The notes under the pieces are model-generated. The model made no database searches. It saw only the letters and a list, made by a program, of their open reading frames with translations, and was not told where the DNA came from. A program made the translations under genes and the position numbers. A stretch of 64,000 bases of DNA from Candidatus Yanofskybacteria bacterium RIFCSPHIGHO2_01_FULL_41_26 (GTDB lineage: Bacteria > Patescibacteriota > Minisyncoccia > 2-02-FULL-40-12 > GWA2-44-9): NCBI GenBank assembly GCA_001794055.1, contig MGJB01000017.1, forward strand, positions 21,339 to 85,338, given 5' to 3'. Positions within the stretch are counted from its first letter, which is position 1. The number at the start of each line of letters is the position of its first letter. Shown here piece after piece: positions 1 through 8,856 of this stretch.

Positions 1-509
1 GTGGAAATTTGAAATCCATCAGATCCGTCCTGCCAATTCCTAAATCTGAATGTCCTCTGTAAAAAAGCTCCTATGCCCTGATATGGATCATCTGTGCAGA
101 ATATCGATTTTCCATCATCAATATTTCTATAATCGCTTCCTGAAAACAGATCCGTACCAGTAATAACAGTAAAAGAAGAATTATCAACTATGGGCGAACC
201 GTCTTGGTTATACCCCGTGATTTCATATTTGCGGAGGTCATACCTTAAATCTGCTATGTCTCGGTTCATTTTCTGAGCAATGGCAATAGCACCGTTTGGT
301 TGTTCAACACCATTTGCACATGGAGTTTCGTCGGCTTCAGCCCAAAACTCACCGGTTACAGTAACATTTTGAGCTTCGCCTTGGTTAAATAAAAGAGGAG
401 TAGTTTCCAGTGCTCCCGAAAAGGCTAGGGATTCATTCTTCAGCAACAAAATTCCGGCAAACATTAAAAAGCCTACAAAAAACACTTTAAATAATCCCTG
501 TTTGTTCAT
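1..509 (-). CDS. Secreted/surface hypothetical protein, 5' part (runs off the window edge)
   Basis: Read manually: ATG at 509, open to position 1; MNKQGLFKVFFVGFLMFAGILLLKNESLA resembles a signal peptide. Confidence 0.7.
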   Translation of the reverse strand, partial: MNKQGLFKVFFVGFLMFAGILLLKNESLAFSGALETTPLLFNQGEAQNVTVTGEFWAEADETPCANGVEQPNGAIAIAQKMNRDIADLRYDLRKYEITGYNQDGSPIVDNSSFTVITGTDLFSGSDYRNIDDGKSIFCTDDPYQGIGAFLQRTFRFRNWQDGSDGFQIS

Positions 510-581
510 TACCTATAATTATAGATCTATTTTAAAAAACAAAAAAGGAGGCAATGCACATACGGCATCTGCCTCCTGTCC

Positions 582-1064
582 TTACTGTTGTATAGTACAG
601 GCGTTCGTCAGGGTGAATCTTGCATATTCACCCCCAAGGTCGCCTGACACCATCTTTGTTAACTCGATCATCTCACCGATCAGTAACCTCCTACCGACAA
701 TGTGGGAACTACTGGACCCGCCGAAAATGAAGCGCGCGTCATCACGGGCCCACATTTCGTACTCTCCTGGGCTGATATTCTCAAACCCAGAGACGCTAAT
801 CCAATGGCCGTTCGGCTCGTTGTCCCCCAAACGGACAACGCCGAACGCCTGCCACTGGAATGCTTGCCCAGTGGCAGTACGCATCTTGATGTCAGGCGTT
901 ACGTTTTTAGACGTAAAGTCTGAAATTTCCTGACGGAAATAATGAACGGGTGCAAGCGTGCACCTCTTGTTAGGATCCGTTGGTTTCGTCGGCGATCCTC
1001 CGCACGCAAGGAGCGTGCCGGACACGACGGCGGCCAAAAAGCCATTCAGCAGATTCTTCGTCAT
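582..1064 (-). CDS. Putative lipoprotein
   Basis: Signal peptide with lipobox LLAC-GG, GGAGG SD upstream, hairpin downstream (545-579). Confidence 0.75.
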   Translation of the reverse strand: MTKNLLNGFLAAVVSGTLLACGGSPTKPTDPNKRCTLAPVHYFRQEISDFTSKNVTPDIKMRTATGQAFQWQAFGVVRLGDNEPNGHWISVSGFENISPGEYEMWARDDARFIFGGSSSSHIVGRRLLIGEMIELTKMVSGDLGGEYARFTLTNACTIQQ

Positions 1065-1197
1065 TGTCGCACCCTCCTTTCTTCGGGGTTTGAATTGTCA
1101 GGCGGTGCAGCGGAATGCCACACCGGTACATATCTATATTATAACACTTTTGCTACCATAAAGTCAACAGCCAAAAATAAGGGTATTGTTGGCTGTT

Positions 1198-1644
1198 TTA
1201 GTAATTTTGGGGAACATCTATTTTATCCACGAGTTGTTCTGTTTTATCGTAGGGTAAGGTCGAAAAGTATGCCACTATTTTGTCACCAATTTTAATTTCG
1301 GATAATTTTATATTTTGGTAACTGAAACCTTTTTTAGAAAGGCTAGACCAGGTATAAAGAGTTGCGTTACTAGTTATGGCAATTTTCGCCTCATACTTGA
1401 TAACTGTTTGGCCATCTGTTTTATAAGCAACCGGAGCGGTATAGTATATTTTGTTATTTTCTATTTTATCTACCTTACCGCTGACCGAGTATGTTTTAAT
1501 CTTAATATCATCCGGAGGCAAGACAAGCTTCTCTTGTTCTTGAGTAGTTATGTTTATTTTTATGTAATTTAAAAACCAAACCGCCAAAGCCACGACCAAG
1601 ACAGCAATAATAAAAGTTATTTTCCTTTCCAGGTCTTTTTTCAT
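1198..1644 (-). CDS. Membrane-anchored hypothetical protein (beta-rich ectodomain)
   Basis: N-terminal TM helix followed by a beta-strand-rich domain. Confidence 0.7.
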   Translation of the reverse strand: MKKDLERKITFIIAVLVVALAVWFLNYIKINITTQEQEKLVLPPDDIKIKTYSVSGKVDKIENNKIYYTAPVAYKTDGQTVIKYEAKIAITSNATLYTWSSLSKKGFSYQNIKLSEIKIGDKIVAYFSTLPYDKTEQLVDKIDVPQNY

Positions 1645-1771
1645 TTGTTTTGTGCCTAAAATTAAAACAAATACCGGCTAATCATAACTGCTGTATTAAT
1701 TATAACAGGTTCAGCAAAAAATACTCGCGACTTGTTCACAACAAAACCCGCCTTAGCGGGTTTACTGTTTA

Positions 1772-2470
1772 CTAAAATATCTTTATTCCTACGCCGATAT
1801 AAAGCACGGGTATTAAATTTCTTTCTTTTTTTGAACTTTGAAAATCCAGGTTGCCGTCATCCGAGAAATAAAACTCATTAACAACAAAACCATTAATTCC
1901 AAACCTAGCGCCGCCTTCAAACATCATCGGTCCGGCTTTTCGACTCAAGCCAGTCTCAAAAAACAGGCCCGCCAAACCGGTACTTTTGATATCAAAGGGC
2001 ACATTGGCATTTCTTTCAAGATACACTCTCTCATAAGAAACAAGCTTGTCACCGGAATATTTAAAGTTGGTGTGCTCAAAACGGGGCGAGGGTTTGCCCC
2101 ACTCCATGCCTACCCCCGGCTTAAAGTCAAACCATCTTGTTTTGAATTTCCAGAATAACTTTCCATTAACAAAGTGGCCGTAATTGGAGCTGGAGAAATC
2201 TTCTTTTTTGTAGCCAAAGGAGAAACCACTGATAGTTAATCGGTTCCGTGCCATATAATGCTCAATCCCGATCCAAAAATCATTAAAGCGGTAATTGTTG
2301 CCGTAAAGATCGAAATTTCCTCGTATTAATTCTGTTTTAACATAAGTTCCGGAATTTTCTTTTTGGAAATTCTTATCTTTCGACGAATCATCCTGCGCAA
2401 ATAACGAGCTACCAAAAAAACCGAACAAAAAGATAATCAAAAACAAACGAGCTTTATTTCTTAGAGACAT
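1772..2470 (-). CDS. Secreted beta-strand-rich protein, outer-membrane beta-barrel-like
   Basis: Signal peptide (SLFA|QD), alternating aromatic/Gly strands, C-terminal YIGVGIKIF. Confidence 0.6.
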   Translation of the reverse strand: MSLRNKARLFLIIFLFGFFGSSLFAQDDSSKDKNFQKENSGTYVKTELIRGNFDLYGNNYRFNDFWIGIEHYMARNRLTISGFSFGYKKEDFSSSNYGHFVNGKLFWKFKTRWFDFKPGVGMEWGKPSPRFEHTNFKYSGDKLVSYERVYLERNANVPFDIKSTGLAGLFFETGLSRKAGPMMFEGGARFGINGFVVNEFYFSDDGNLDFQSSKKERNLIPVLYIGVGIKIF

Positions 2471-2472
2471 GC

Positions 2473-3423
2473 CTACTCCGTTCCCGCTAAAGCTTTAAAT
2501 AACGGCGAGTAGGTCTGATTAGGACCGCGCGGATTAAAAATTAAACTAAAACCAGAATCGGGAGGCGTGTCTCCGCTCCAAAGCGCATACCAATATATCC
2601 TTTCCGCCCCCAAGGAACTGGCTAAACGAGGATAGAAAGAACCCACATGATAAATCTGCCTGGCGGGATCAGAAATTCCAGTTTCGGTAACCCAAATCCT
2701 ATATTTACCCCCAAGATAACGATTTATGGCTGAAGCATAGCTAGCCAAAGCGCTATCGGTATAAACATTAATGGCAACTACGACTTTTTGCGGAGAAATC
2801 CTGTCCGGTTTAAGTCCCAGTTCAGACATTTTTCTTAATTCGTCAGCGCCATAGGAACCGGCACCGAACGTAGATTGGGTAACTAATGTCAAATGGGGAT
2901 ATTTTGATTGGACATGATCGTATATTTTCAAGAATGCTTTCATGTAATCCTCGATCGGCATATTACTGAACCCAGCCGATTTGTTAATTGTGCTTACTTC
3001 ATTCCCTATCTGGATAATCTGGACGCCTGGATTGAAAGAAATATACATATCCATCGTCTGCTCTATGTTCGAATCAAATAATCTTTCATTTGGAATCGAA
3101 CCGAACACTTCAATATCAAGAGATTTAATCATTTGCGTAACCCTATTAGGATTCACACCAATTGACAACCTGACTCCCCTTACCATGCCCCTTGACTTGA
3201 GAAGTTTCAGGGCAGTTTCATATCCATTTATGGCGCTCCCATCGTCATGAACAACGATATAAGGCGACCATCCAATTTGACCTTCCGGTGTATCCACCGG
3301 AATCAAGCCGTTACTCGATGTCGATGATATCGATGACGGGGCAGAAGGAGAAGTAAATTTAGAATTACAACCAGCTAAAAATACCACTAGAAAGACTGGA
3401 ACGGCCGCCTTCACTAAATTCAT
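2473..3423 (-). CDS. Lipoprotein glycoside hydrolase, clan GH-A TIM barrel
   Basis: Lipobox LAGC, Ser/Pro linker, acid/base motif IQIGNE, nucleophile motif IWVTETG, YWYA. Confidence 0.7.
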   Translation of the reverse strand: MNLVKAAVPVFLVVFLAGCNSKFTSPSAPSSISSTSSNGLIPVDTPEGQIGWSPYIVVHDDGSAINGYETALKLLKSRGMVRGVRLSIGVNPNRVTQMIKSLDIEVFGSIPNERLFDSNIEQTMDMYISFNPGVQIIQIGNEVSTINKSAGFSNMPIEDYMKAFLKIYDHVQSKYPHLTLVTQSTFGAGSYGADELRKMSELGLKPDRISPQKVVVAINVYTDSALASYASAINRYLGGKYRIWVTETGISDPARQIYHVGSFYPRLASSLGAERIYWYALWSGDTPPDSGFSLIFNPRGPNQTYSPLFKALAGTE

Positions 3424-3500
3424 TCCATGCCCTTTTTAAAAGGACGATAATAATAATTATTTAACATTAAATCCAACAAAAAACAATTCCAATCCCTTTT

Positions 3501-4802
3501 TTAGTTCAGAAGGCCGTTGATATCCGAAATGATTATTCTTTTCTGTTCCATTGAATCTCTGTCGCGAATAGTGACCGTACCATCTTCAAGCGTTTGGAAA
3601 TCAACTGTAATACAGACTGGCGTGCCAATTTCATCCTGCGAATAGTAGCGTTTTCCGATATTCCCTCGGTCGTCCCAGACAACAGAAAATTCTTTTCGGA
3701 GCGAGTCGTAAATTTCTTTAGCTTTTGAGACCAACTCCGGTTTGTTTTTTAATAACGGAAATACGGCCGCTTTGTAGGGCGCAAGTTTTGGATGGAGCTT
3801 CAGAACCACGCGGTCTTCCTCTTCGCAGTAAGCATCGAGTAAGAAAAATAGTAATGCCCGGTCAACTCCACCCGATGTTTCGATCACCCACGGAATAAAA
3901 CGCTCTTTAGTTTCCGGATCAAAATAAGACAAGTCCTGTCCGGAAAATTTACTGTGTCGCGACAAATCCCAATCGGAGCGATCGTGAATACCTTCGCATT
4001 CTCTCCAGCCAAACGGGGTCTCGTATTCGATGTCCCATGCTTCTCGAGCATAGTGCGCTAATTCTTCCGAATCTTGTTTGCGAAAATGAATCCTGTCTTT
4101 ATCCATGCCCAATGATAAATACCATTTCATCCTCAATTCTTTCCAATAACCAAACCATCTTTTCCATTCTTGTTGATCAGGTTTTATGTACCACTGAAGT
4201 TCCATCTGTTCAAATTCTCTAGATCGATATGTAAAATTTCCGGGGGTAATTTCATTGCGAAAGGCCTTGCCGATTTGAGCAATTCCGAATGGAATTTTTG
4301 GATGCATAGAATCAATAATATTTTTGAAATTAACATGAACGCCTTGTGTAATCTCTCCCCTCAAATAGACGCTCGACTTTTCACTCTCAACAACCCCAAG
4401 TTTTGCTTCAACTAACAAATTGAATTTTTTGGGCTCAGTCCAGTCAATGTTTTCATTTCTTTTTTTGTGCCATTCTTCATGGTGTTTTTTTTCTTCGTTT
4501 TGATCGGACCTTACTCTTTCGTGGCAAACTTTGCACTCAATGAGTGGATCATTAAATGTCTCGGTATGGCCGGAACTCTGCCAAACTTTCGGATTCATCA
4601 GAATAGCGGCTTGGATTCCAAAAATATTTTCATTTGATTTCACAACGCTGTCCCACCACGACTGTTTTAGATTGTGCTTAAGCTCAGCGCCCAACGGTCC
4701 GTAATCCCATGTGCCACGCAATCCGCCATAAATCTCCGACCCCGGAAATATGAACCCGCGCCGCTTGCATAGTGAAACTATTTTTTCCAATTTATCAGAC
4801 AT
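3501..4802 (-). CDS. glyQS: Glycine--tRNA ligase (dimeric GlyQS type)
   Basis: CKRRGF, YDYGPLG-like WDYGPLG, QIGKAFRNEI, FEQME, C-terminal anticodon-binding domain. Confidence 0.95.
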   Translation of the reverse strand: MSDKLEKIVSLCKRRGFIFPGSEIYGGLRGTWDYGPLGAELKHNLKQSWWDSVVKSNENIFGIQAAILMNPKVWQSSGHTETFNDPLIECKVCHERVRSDQNEEKKHHEEWHKKRNENIDWTEPKKFNLLVEAKLGVVESEKSSVYLRGEITQGVHVNFKNIIDSMHPKIPFGIAQIGKAFRNEITPGNFTYRSREFEQMELQWYIKPDQQEWKRWFGYWKELRMKWYLSLGMDKDRIHFRKQDSEELAHYAREAWDIEYETPFGWRECEGIHDRSDWDLSRHSKFSGQDLSYFDPETKERFIPWVIETSGGVDRALLFFLLDAYCEEEDRVVLKLHPKLAPYKAAVFPLLKNKPELVSKAKEIYDSLRKEFSVVWDDRGNIGKRYYSQDEIGTPVCITVDFQTLEDGTVTIRDRDSMEQKRIIISDINGLLN

Positions 4803-4835
4803 TGGTTTAGAAATTAGTAATTAATAATTAGAAAT

Positions 4836-6584
4836 TTACTGCACTACCCCTTCTCCTGAACGATCGACAAGATCGTTGCTAGAAATATCCCGGACAGGAA
4901 CAATTATATTCTGTTTGGTAAAAGTATCCACCCCTGAAAGTTTGGAATCTTTTACTAGAAAGACTGGGCTTCCTGTTTGGCTGGTTGACGGATTTATACT
5001 TATCTGAAAACTTGCCTCATATTTAGATCCGGTCACGCCAACTCCTTGCGGTAAAACTCCGGGATTCCAAGCCACTTCGGAAATATTTTTATTGAATGTC
5101 GGTTCCGGCTGTCCCGAACCGACACTTACAATGCTTCTCCAATTTACGCCCGCTGACAATAAGCCGGTTATTTTAACTCCGCTCATATCATTTCCAGGGT
5201 TGGTAATCTGCCAATGAATCGTAAAAGAGGTCTCCTTTCCAACTTCCGGCGGCAAAGGGCCGGACGAACCAAAAGCTGTATCATTATAGTAAGCCGTCTG
5301 TTTTAGCGTCGGCTGAGTAGATATTTTAGTAACCAGATTGGATTCCGCAAAAATTTCATCCCCACCAATGTCGGACGGCACATTCGGAGTACTTAATCTT
5401 GTTGAAGCCCTAACAAAAAGATTTTTGGAACCGGTTGAGCCAGAAGGAATACCGTCCTTAAGCTTAATCCTGAAAGATACCTGCCCCTTTTTGTTGGGAG
5501 ACAGATTTGCAAAATCCGATATCGTGCTTGCGTTCCATAAAATTGTACCATTTGAACTGTCGTAATAACCGCCTTTCGTATCTAAGCTTGAAATGTCATA
5601 CATGTCCCCTTCCAATTTGATTAGCAAGTTTACTCCAATAAGATTGTAGTTGGAACTATTGAAATATTTGATTGTATAATTTAAATCATCGCCGGCAAAA
5701 GCAGAGTAATCAGAAGAATCGTTTACCGAGATCGCCGTACCCAATAAAGCATTGGCAACAACTGATGAAGTTTCGGATTTTTCATAATCAATATATTGAT
5801 CGCCTATTTTTCTTTTTAAAGCTACGGAGATATTTTTTGTTTCTCCTTCTTTTCCATTCAAAAGTCCGCTAATGCTTATCCTTCCGCCGTTACCCTTTTT
5901 GAGAACAGGAATGACCCAAACATAATTTTCCGTGTTTGGCGAAGGAGATGATTTCTGAACACTAAACCCATCAGGATACTTAAACTCAAATCTCAAATCA
6001 TAAATATCACCGTTGGACTCGTTTCTGTAATCCAACACATAACTGATCGCTTGGCCGGGAACTGAATTAGGAGGAGCAGATAAAGTGAGAGACACCGGCA
6101 GACTAATCATCGTGGTAGAGAGAGAAGCAGTCTTTTCAAAAACAGTTTTTAAACTTCCCGCCCCAAAAGACAGATCAATTTTTGCTGTTTTGATATTTCC
6201 CCTGTTGCCCACCAAAAAAGCGGTGAAATCTTTTTCTCCGGACTGACCAACGGCCAACTGGTCTAAAGTGAATATTTCTGAAAATGTATCTTTTCCGTCT
6301 AAGACAGGCCCGCCTCCAGATGGCAAAACAACCGAACCGTCAGGATAAGTAAACTTGAAACTAAGGCTGTTCAGGTTCAGCTTGGTGGTATTTGAATACT
6401 TAACCTTATAAACAACCTCGTCTCCCACAGACGCCTGGGTCGGACCTTCTATTTCCAGTTTGACCCCGGATTCAGAAAAAGACGGGCTTCCAAACCAAAA
6501 CGAAAGGAAACTGACGATAGCCAGCAACAAAGCCAGTAAGATCAGCCATTTCAAAAGTTTATTGTGTGAATATAAAAATTCCAT
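4836..6584 (-). CDS. Membrane-anchored protein with DUF11-like Ig repeats
   Basis: N-terminal TM; repeated GD-x-YT/VKY-x-N motifs. Confidence 0.7.
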   Translation of the reverse strand: MEFLYSHNKLLKWLILLALLLAIVSFLSFWFGSPSFSESGVKLEIEGPTQASVGDEVVYKVKYSNTTKLNLNSLSFKFTYPDGSVVLPSGGGPVLDGKDTFSEIFTLDQLAVGQSGEKDFTAFLVGNRGNIKTAKIDLSFGAGSLKTVFEKTASLSTTMISLPVSLTLSAPPNSVPGQAISYVLDYRNESNGDIYDLRFEFKYPDGFSVQKSSPSPNTENYVWVIPVLKKGNGGRISISGLLNGKEGETKNISVALKRKIGDQYIDYEKSETSSVVANALLGTAISVNDSSDYSAFAGDDLNYTIKYFNSSNYNLIGVNLLIKLEGDMYDISSLDTKGGYYDSSNGTILWNASTISDFANLSPNKKGQVSFRIKLKDGIPSGSTGSKNLFVRASTRLSTPNVPSDIGGDEIFAESNLVTKISTQPTLKQTAYYNDTAFGSSGPLPPEVGKETSFTIHWQITNPGNDMSGVKITGLLSAGVNWRSIVSVGSGQPEPTFNKNISEVAWNPGVLPQGVGVTGSKYEASFQISINPSTSQTGSPVFLVKDSKLSGVDTFTKQNIIVPVRDISSNDLVDRSGEGVVQ

Positions 6585-6594
6585 CTGCTCAATC

Positions 6595-7155
6595 TTATCT
6601 TAACACAGAATGGAGAAAATTTAATGACTTTAATCTAAATCCGGCGTTGTATTCAAAAGCGTCATCCAGCATTGTAAATCCGGGCCGAGTTGCGTCAAAA
6701 GAAGCTGAAGCGGCAATTTCGGGAGAATACCCGAGCAATCCCAGCAAAGCAAACTGTTTTTGTCTTAAAAAAGTTAAGCTCGGCTCAAACCGGTTTAACT
6801 TATCAAACAGACCGGTCATAAAATTCCAAAGTTTTTCATCTTTATCCATTTCGGGAACCATCTTATCAATCACTTCGGAGAAAAAACTCGCAACCGCCAA
6901 AGAAAGAATCGAGCTTTTCAAATCCCGGTATGAATTCTCCGACTGGGCTCCGGCAATTACCGGCAAGGACCGCCCTTGTATAAGATCAAACTCCACAAGG
7001 TTTAAGGTATCTAAATGCATGGCTTGAATAGAACTGTGTTTTAAAATACTTTTAGCAATGGCGGTAAGCTTCCCAAGTTCCTGTGTATAGCAAGTCACGA
7101 ACTGATCGAATTCGTTGGTGTTTTGCTTTTTTATAATTATCGCCTTAATCAGCAT
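6595..7155 (-). CDS. recO: DNA repair protein RecO
   Basis: N-terminal OB fold (E-x-D...T-x-ELGK..AIAK); ATG at 7155 preferred as start. Confidence 0.85.
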   Translation of the reverse strand: MLIKAIIIKKQNTNEFDQFVTCYTQELGKLTAIAKSILKHSSIQAMHLDTLNLVEFDLIQGRSLPVIAGAQSENSYRDLKSSILSLAVASFFSEVIDKMVPEMDKDEKLWNFMTGLFDKLNRFEPSLTFLRQKQFALLGLLGYSPEIAASASFDATRPGFTMLDDAFEYNAGFRLKSLNFLHSVLR

Positions 7156-7329
7156 TTGATATTTGAAACTTTGATATATTGACAGTTTTGCCGCCATTTA
7201 CTAATATTATACTGGCATTAAACACTTTTCTGGAGGTTTGAAATGAATGCACTTCGCCTCTTGTTCCTTGCAATTTTGACACTCCTGTCATTGCCGTTCC
7301 TCCCTCGTGAATAGCTACATTCAGCAACT

Positions 7330-7479
7330 ATGAAAATTTTTGGTGTTGGTGTTTACACGCCAAACGATGTGGGTATCATGATGCTCCTGGGATTATTCGG
7401 AGTAATAGGGGTCATGGTCATAAACTCAGTAATCTGGGCACTTTTTATCGAACCAGTTTGTTTGCGATTGCGAAAGTAA
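7330..7479 (+). CDS. Small hydrophobic membrane peptide (49 aa), possibly the 3' part of an ORF interrupted by TAG
   Basis: MKIFGVGVYTPNDVGIMMLLGLFGVIGVMVINSVIWALFIEPVCLRLRK; in frame with an upstream SD-led ATG at 7243. Confidence 0.4.
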   Translation: MKIFGVGVYTPNDVGIMMLLGLFGVIGVMVINSVIWALFIEPVCLRLRK

Positions 7480-7559
7480 ACTCATCGTCCGGAACCGTTT
7501 AGCGGCTCCTTTTTTATTCCGCTCTTCAGTTTGTTTAATTTTTTGTTCTAAATTATCCA

Positions 7560-7976
7560 TTACAAATTTGTAAGATAGGTTCTAATAAATTTATCAGTTG
7601 CCATAACCGTTTCTTTTTTTATTTTTGGGTTGCTAGACGCAACCCATTTCGCAAAGTTATACAATTCTGTATTATCAACCCTAATCCACTTATTATTTTT
7701 ATACAAAAAGTAAAACAAAGTAACCATGGCAATTCTTTTGTTGCCGTTTTTAAAAGGATGGTTTTTTATCATCAAATAAAAAAGTACTGCCGCCTTTTCA
7801 ATCAGTCCCTTATATAATTTCTTTCGGCTAAATGTTTGGAATGGCATCGCTAAGCAGCTCTCTAGAATATTCGGATAACGAGAGCCAAAATCGGGAATCG
7901 GCTCATTCCATTCCATAAACTTTTTAGCCAGACGATGGGCCACATATTCTATTTCCAAAATTGATAAAGATTTCAT
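7560..7976 (-). CDS. Fic/Doc family toxin
   Basis: HPFKNGNKR Doc-type Fic motif; EKAAVL...IKNH. Confidence 0.9.
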   Translation of the reverse strand: MKSLSILEIEYVAHRLAKKFMEWNEPIPDFGSRYPNILESCLAMPFQTFSRKKLYKGLIEKAAVLFYLMIKNHPFKNGNKRIAMVTLFYFLYKNNKWIRVDNTELYNFAKWVASSNPKIKKETVMATDKFIRTYLTNL

Positions 7977-8224
7977 TCTTGGCCAAGTAACTTTAAGGTT
8001 TCGCCGTATTCCTTAACGGTCCGGTCAATTGCCTCGTCAATCTCGCTCTTTTTTTGGGATGTTAAAAAATTGCTGGATAGGCCAAGCATGTCCTTCTCCG
8101 CAATAATAAAGTTACGGCCGACTTTTTTGGCTTTAATCTGGCCGCTTTTTATTTTCTTGAATACGGCCACTCGACTTATCCCCAGCATCTTGGCCACTTC
8201 GCTTGTTGAAAGATATTTATTCAT
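7973..8224 (-). CDS. Excisionase-like HTH protein, putative antitoxin
   Basis: YLSTSEVAKMLGISR..V...IKSG HTH; 4-nt overlap with the toxin; C-terminal helix EYGETLKLL. Confidence 0.8.
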   Translation of the reverse strand: MNKYLSTSEVAKMLGISRVAVFKKIKSGQIKAKKVGRNFIIAEKDMLGLSSNFLTSQKKSEIDEAIDRTVKEYGETLKLLGQE

Positions 8225-8240
8225 AATGATAAGTTATCAC

Positions 8241-8269
8241 ATGTTAACCTTATGGTCAATGGTTAACAT
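8241..8269. promoter_or_regulatory. Inverted-repeat operator upstream of the HTH-Doc operon
   Basis: ATGTTAACC-N11-GGTTAACAT, enclosing a minus-strand TTGACC -35-like box. Confidence 0.6.
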
Positions 8270-8274
8270 AGGAT

Positions 8275-8856
8275 TTATTCCGCCATTTTTAATAATTCTT
8301 CCAAAACGACCGAGAGTTCGACAACTCCGTCTTCTTCGGAAATGTGGCCTTTATTTTTCAGAACGATAATCTTCGCGTTTAAATTATTTCTAAACAATTC
8401 CGAGTTAATTAAAGAAACATAGGGGTCATTATCCGAAGCAATCAAGACAAAATTATTTGTATGCTGTTTTGTTTTCTCAAAATCAATTGGTGTGTTTATC
8501 CACTCATCGGCTATTTCTCTAGTATAAGTTTCGTCCCAGACTCCATCAGTTAAATTAAACCATCCGGCTACGAATACTACTCCGCCAACTTTTTGGTCGT
8601 CAGGCAATTGCTCCAAGTACCTCATTATCGCCTGGCAACCGATGCTATGACCAACAAAGTAAGTATTCTCGTCAGTCAACCCTACAACTTCGGACAGCTT
8701 TCTCAACCAAGATTTTATAGTAGGCTTATCTGTGTCGGGCATCTCCGGAATCATTACTTCGAATCCTCTCGTCTCTAATTCGTTCTTAAGCCAAACCAGC
8801 CACTCCTCGTTTGGCCAACCTCCCCAACCGTGAATTATGAGCACTCGTTTTTTCAT
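8275..8856 (-). CDS. RBBP9/YdeN-family alpha/beta hydrolase
   Basis: IIHGW, GHSIG nucleophile motif, SDNDPYV, GH. Confidence 0.9.
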   Translation of the reverse strand: MKKRVLIIHGWGGWPNEEWLVWLKNELETRGFEVMIPEMPDTDKPTIKSWLRKLSEVVGLTDENTYFVGHSIGCQAIMRYLEQLPDDQKVGGVVFVAGWFNLTDGVWDETYTREIADEWINTPIDFEKTKQHTNNFVLIASDNDPYVSLINSELFRNNLNAKIIVLKNKGHISEEDGVVELSVVLEELLKMAE

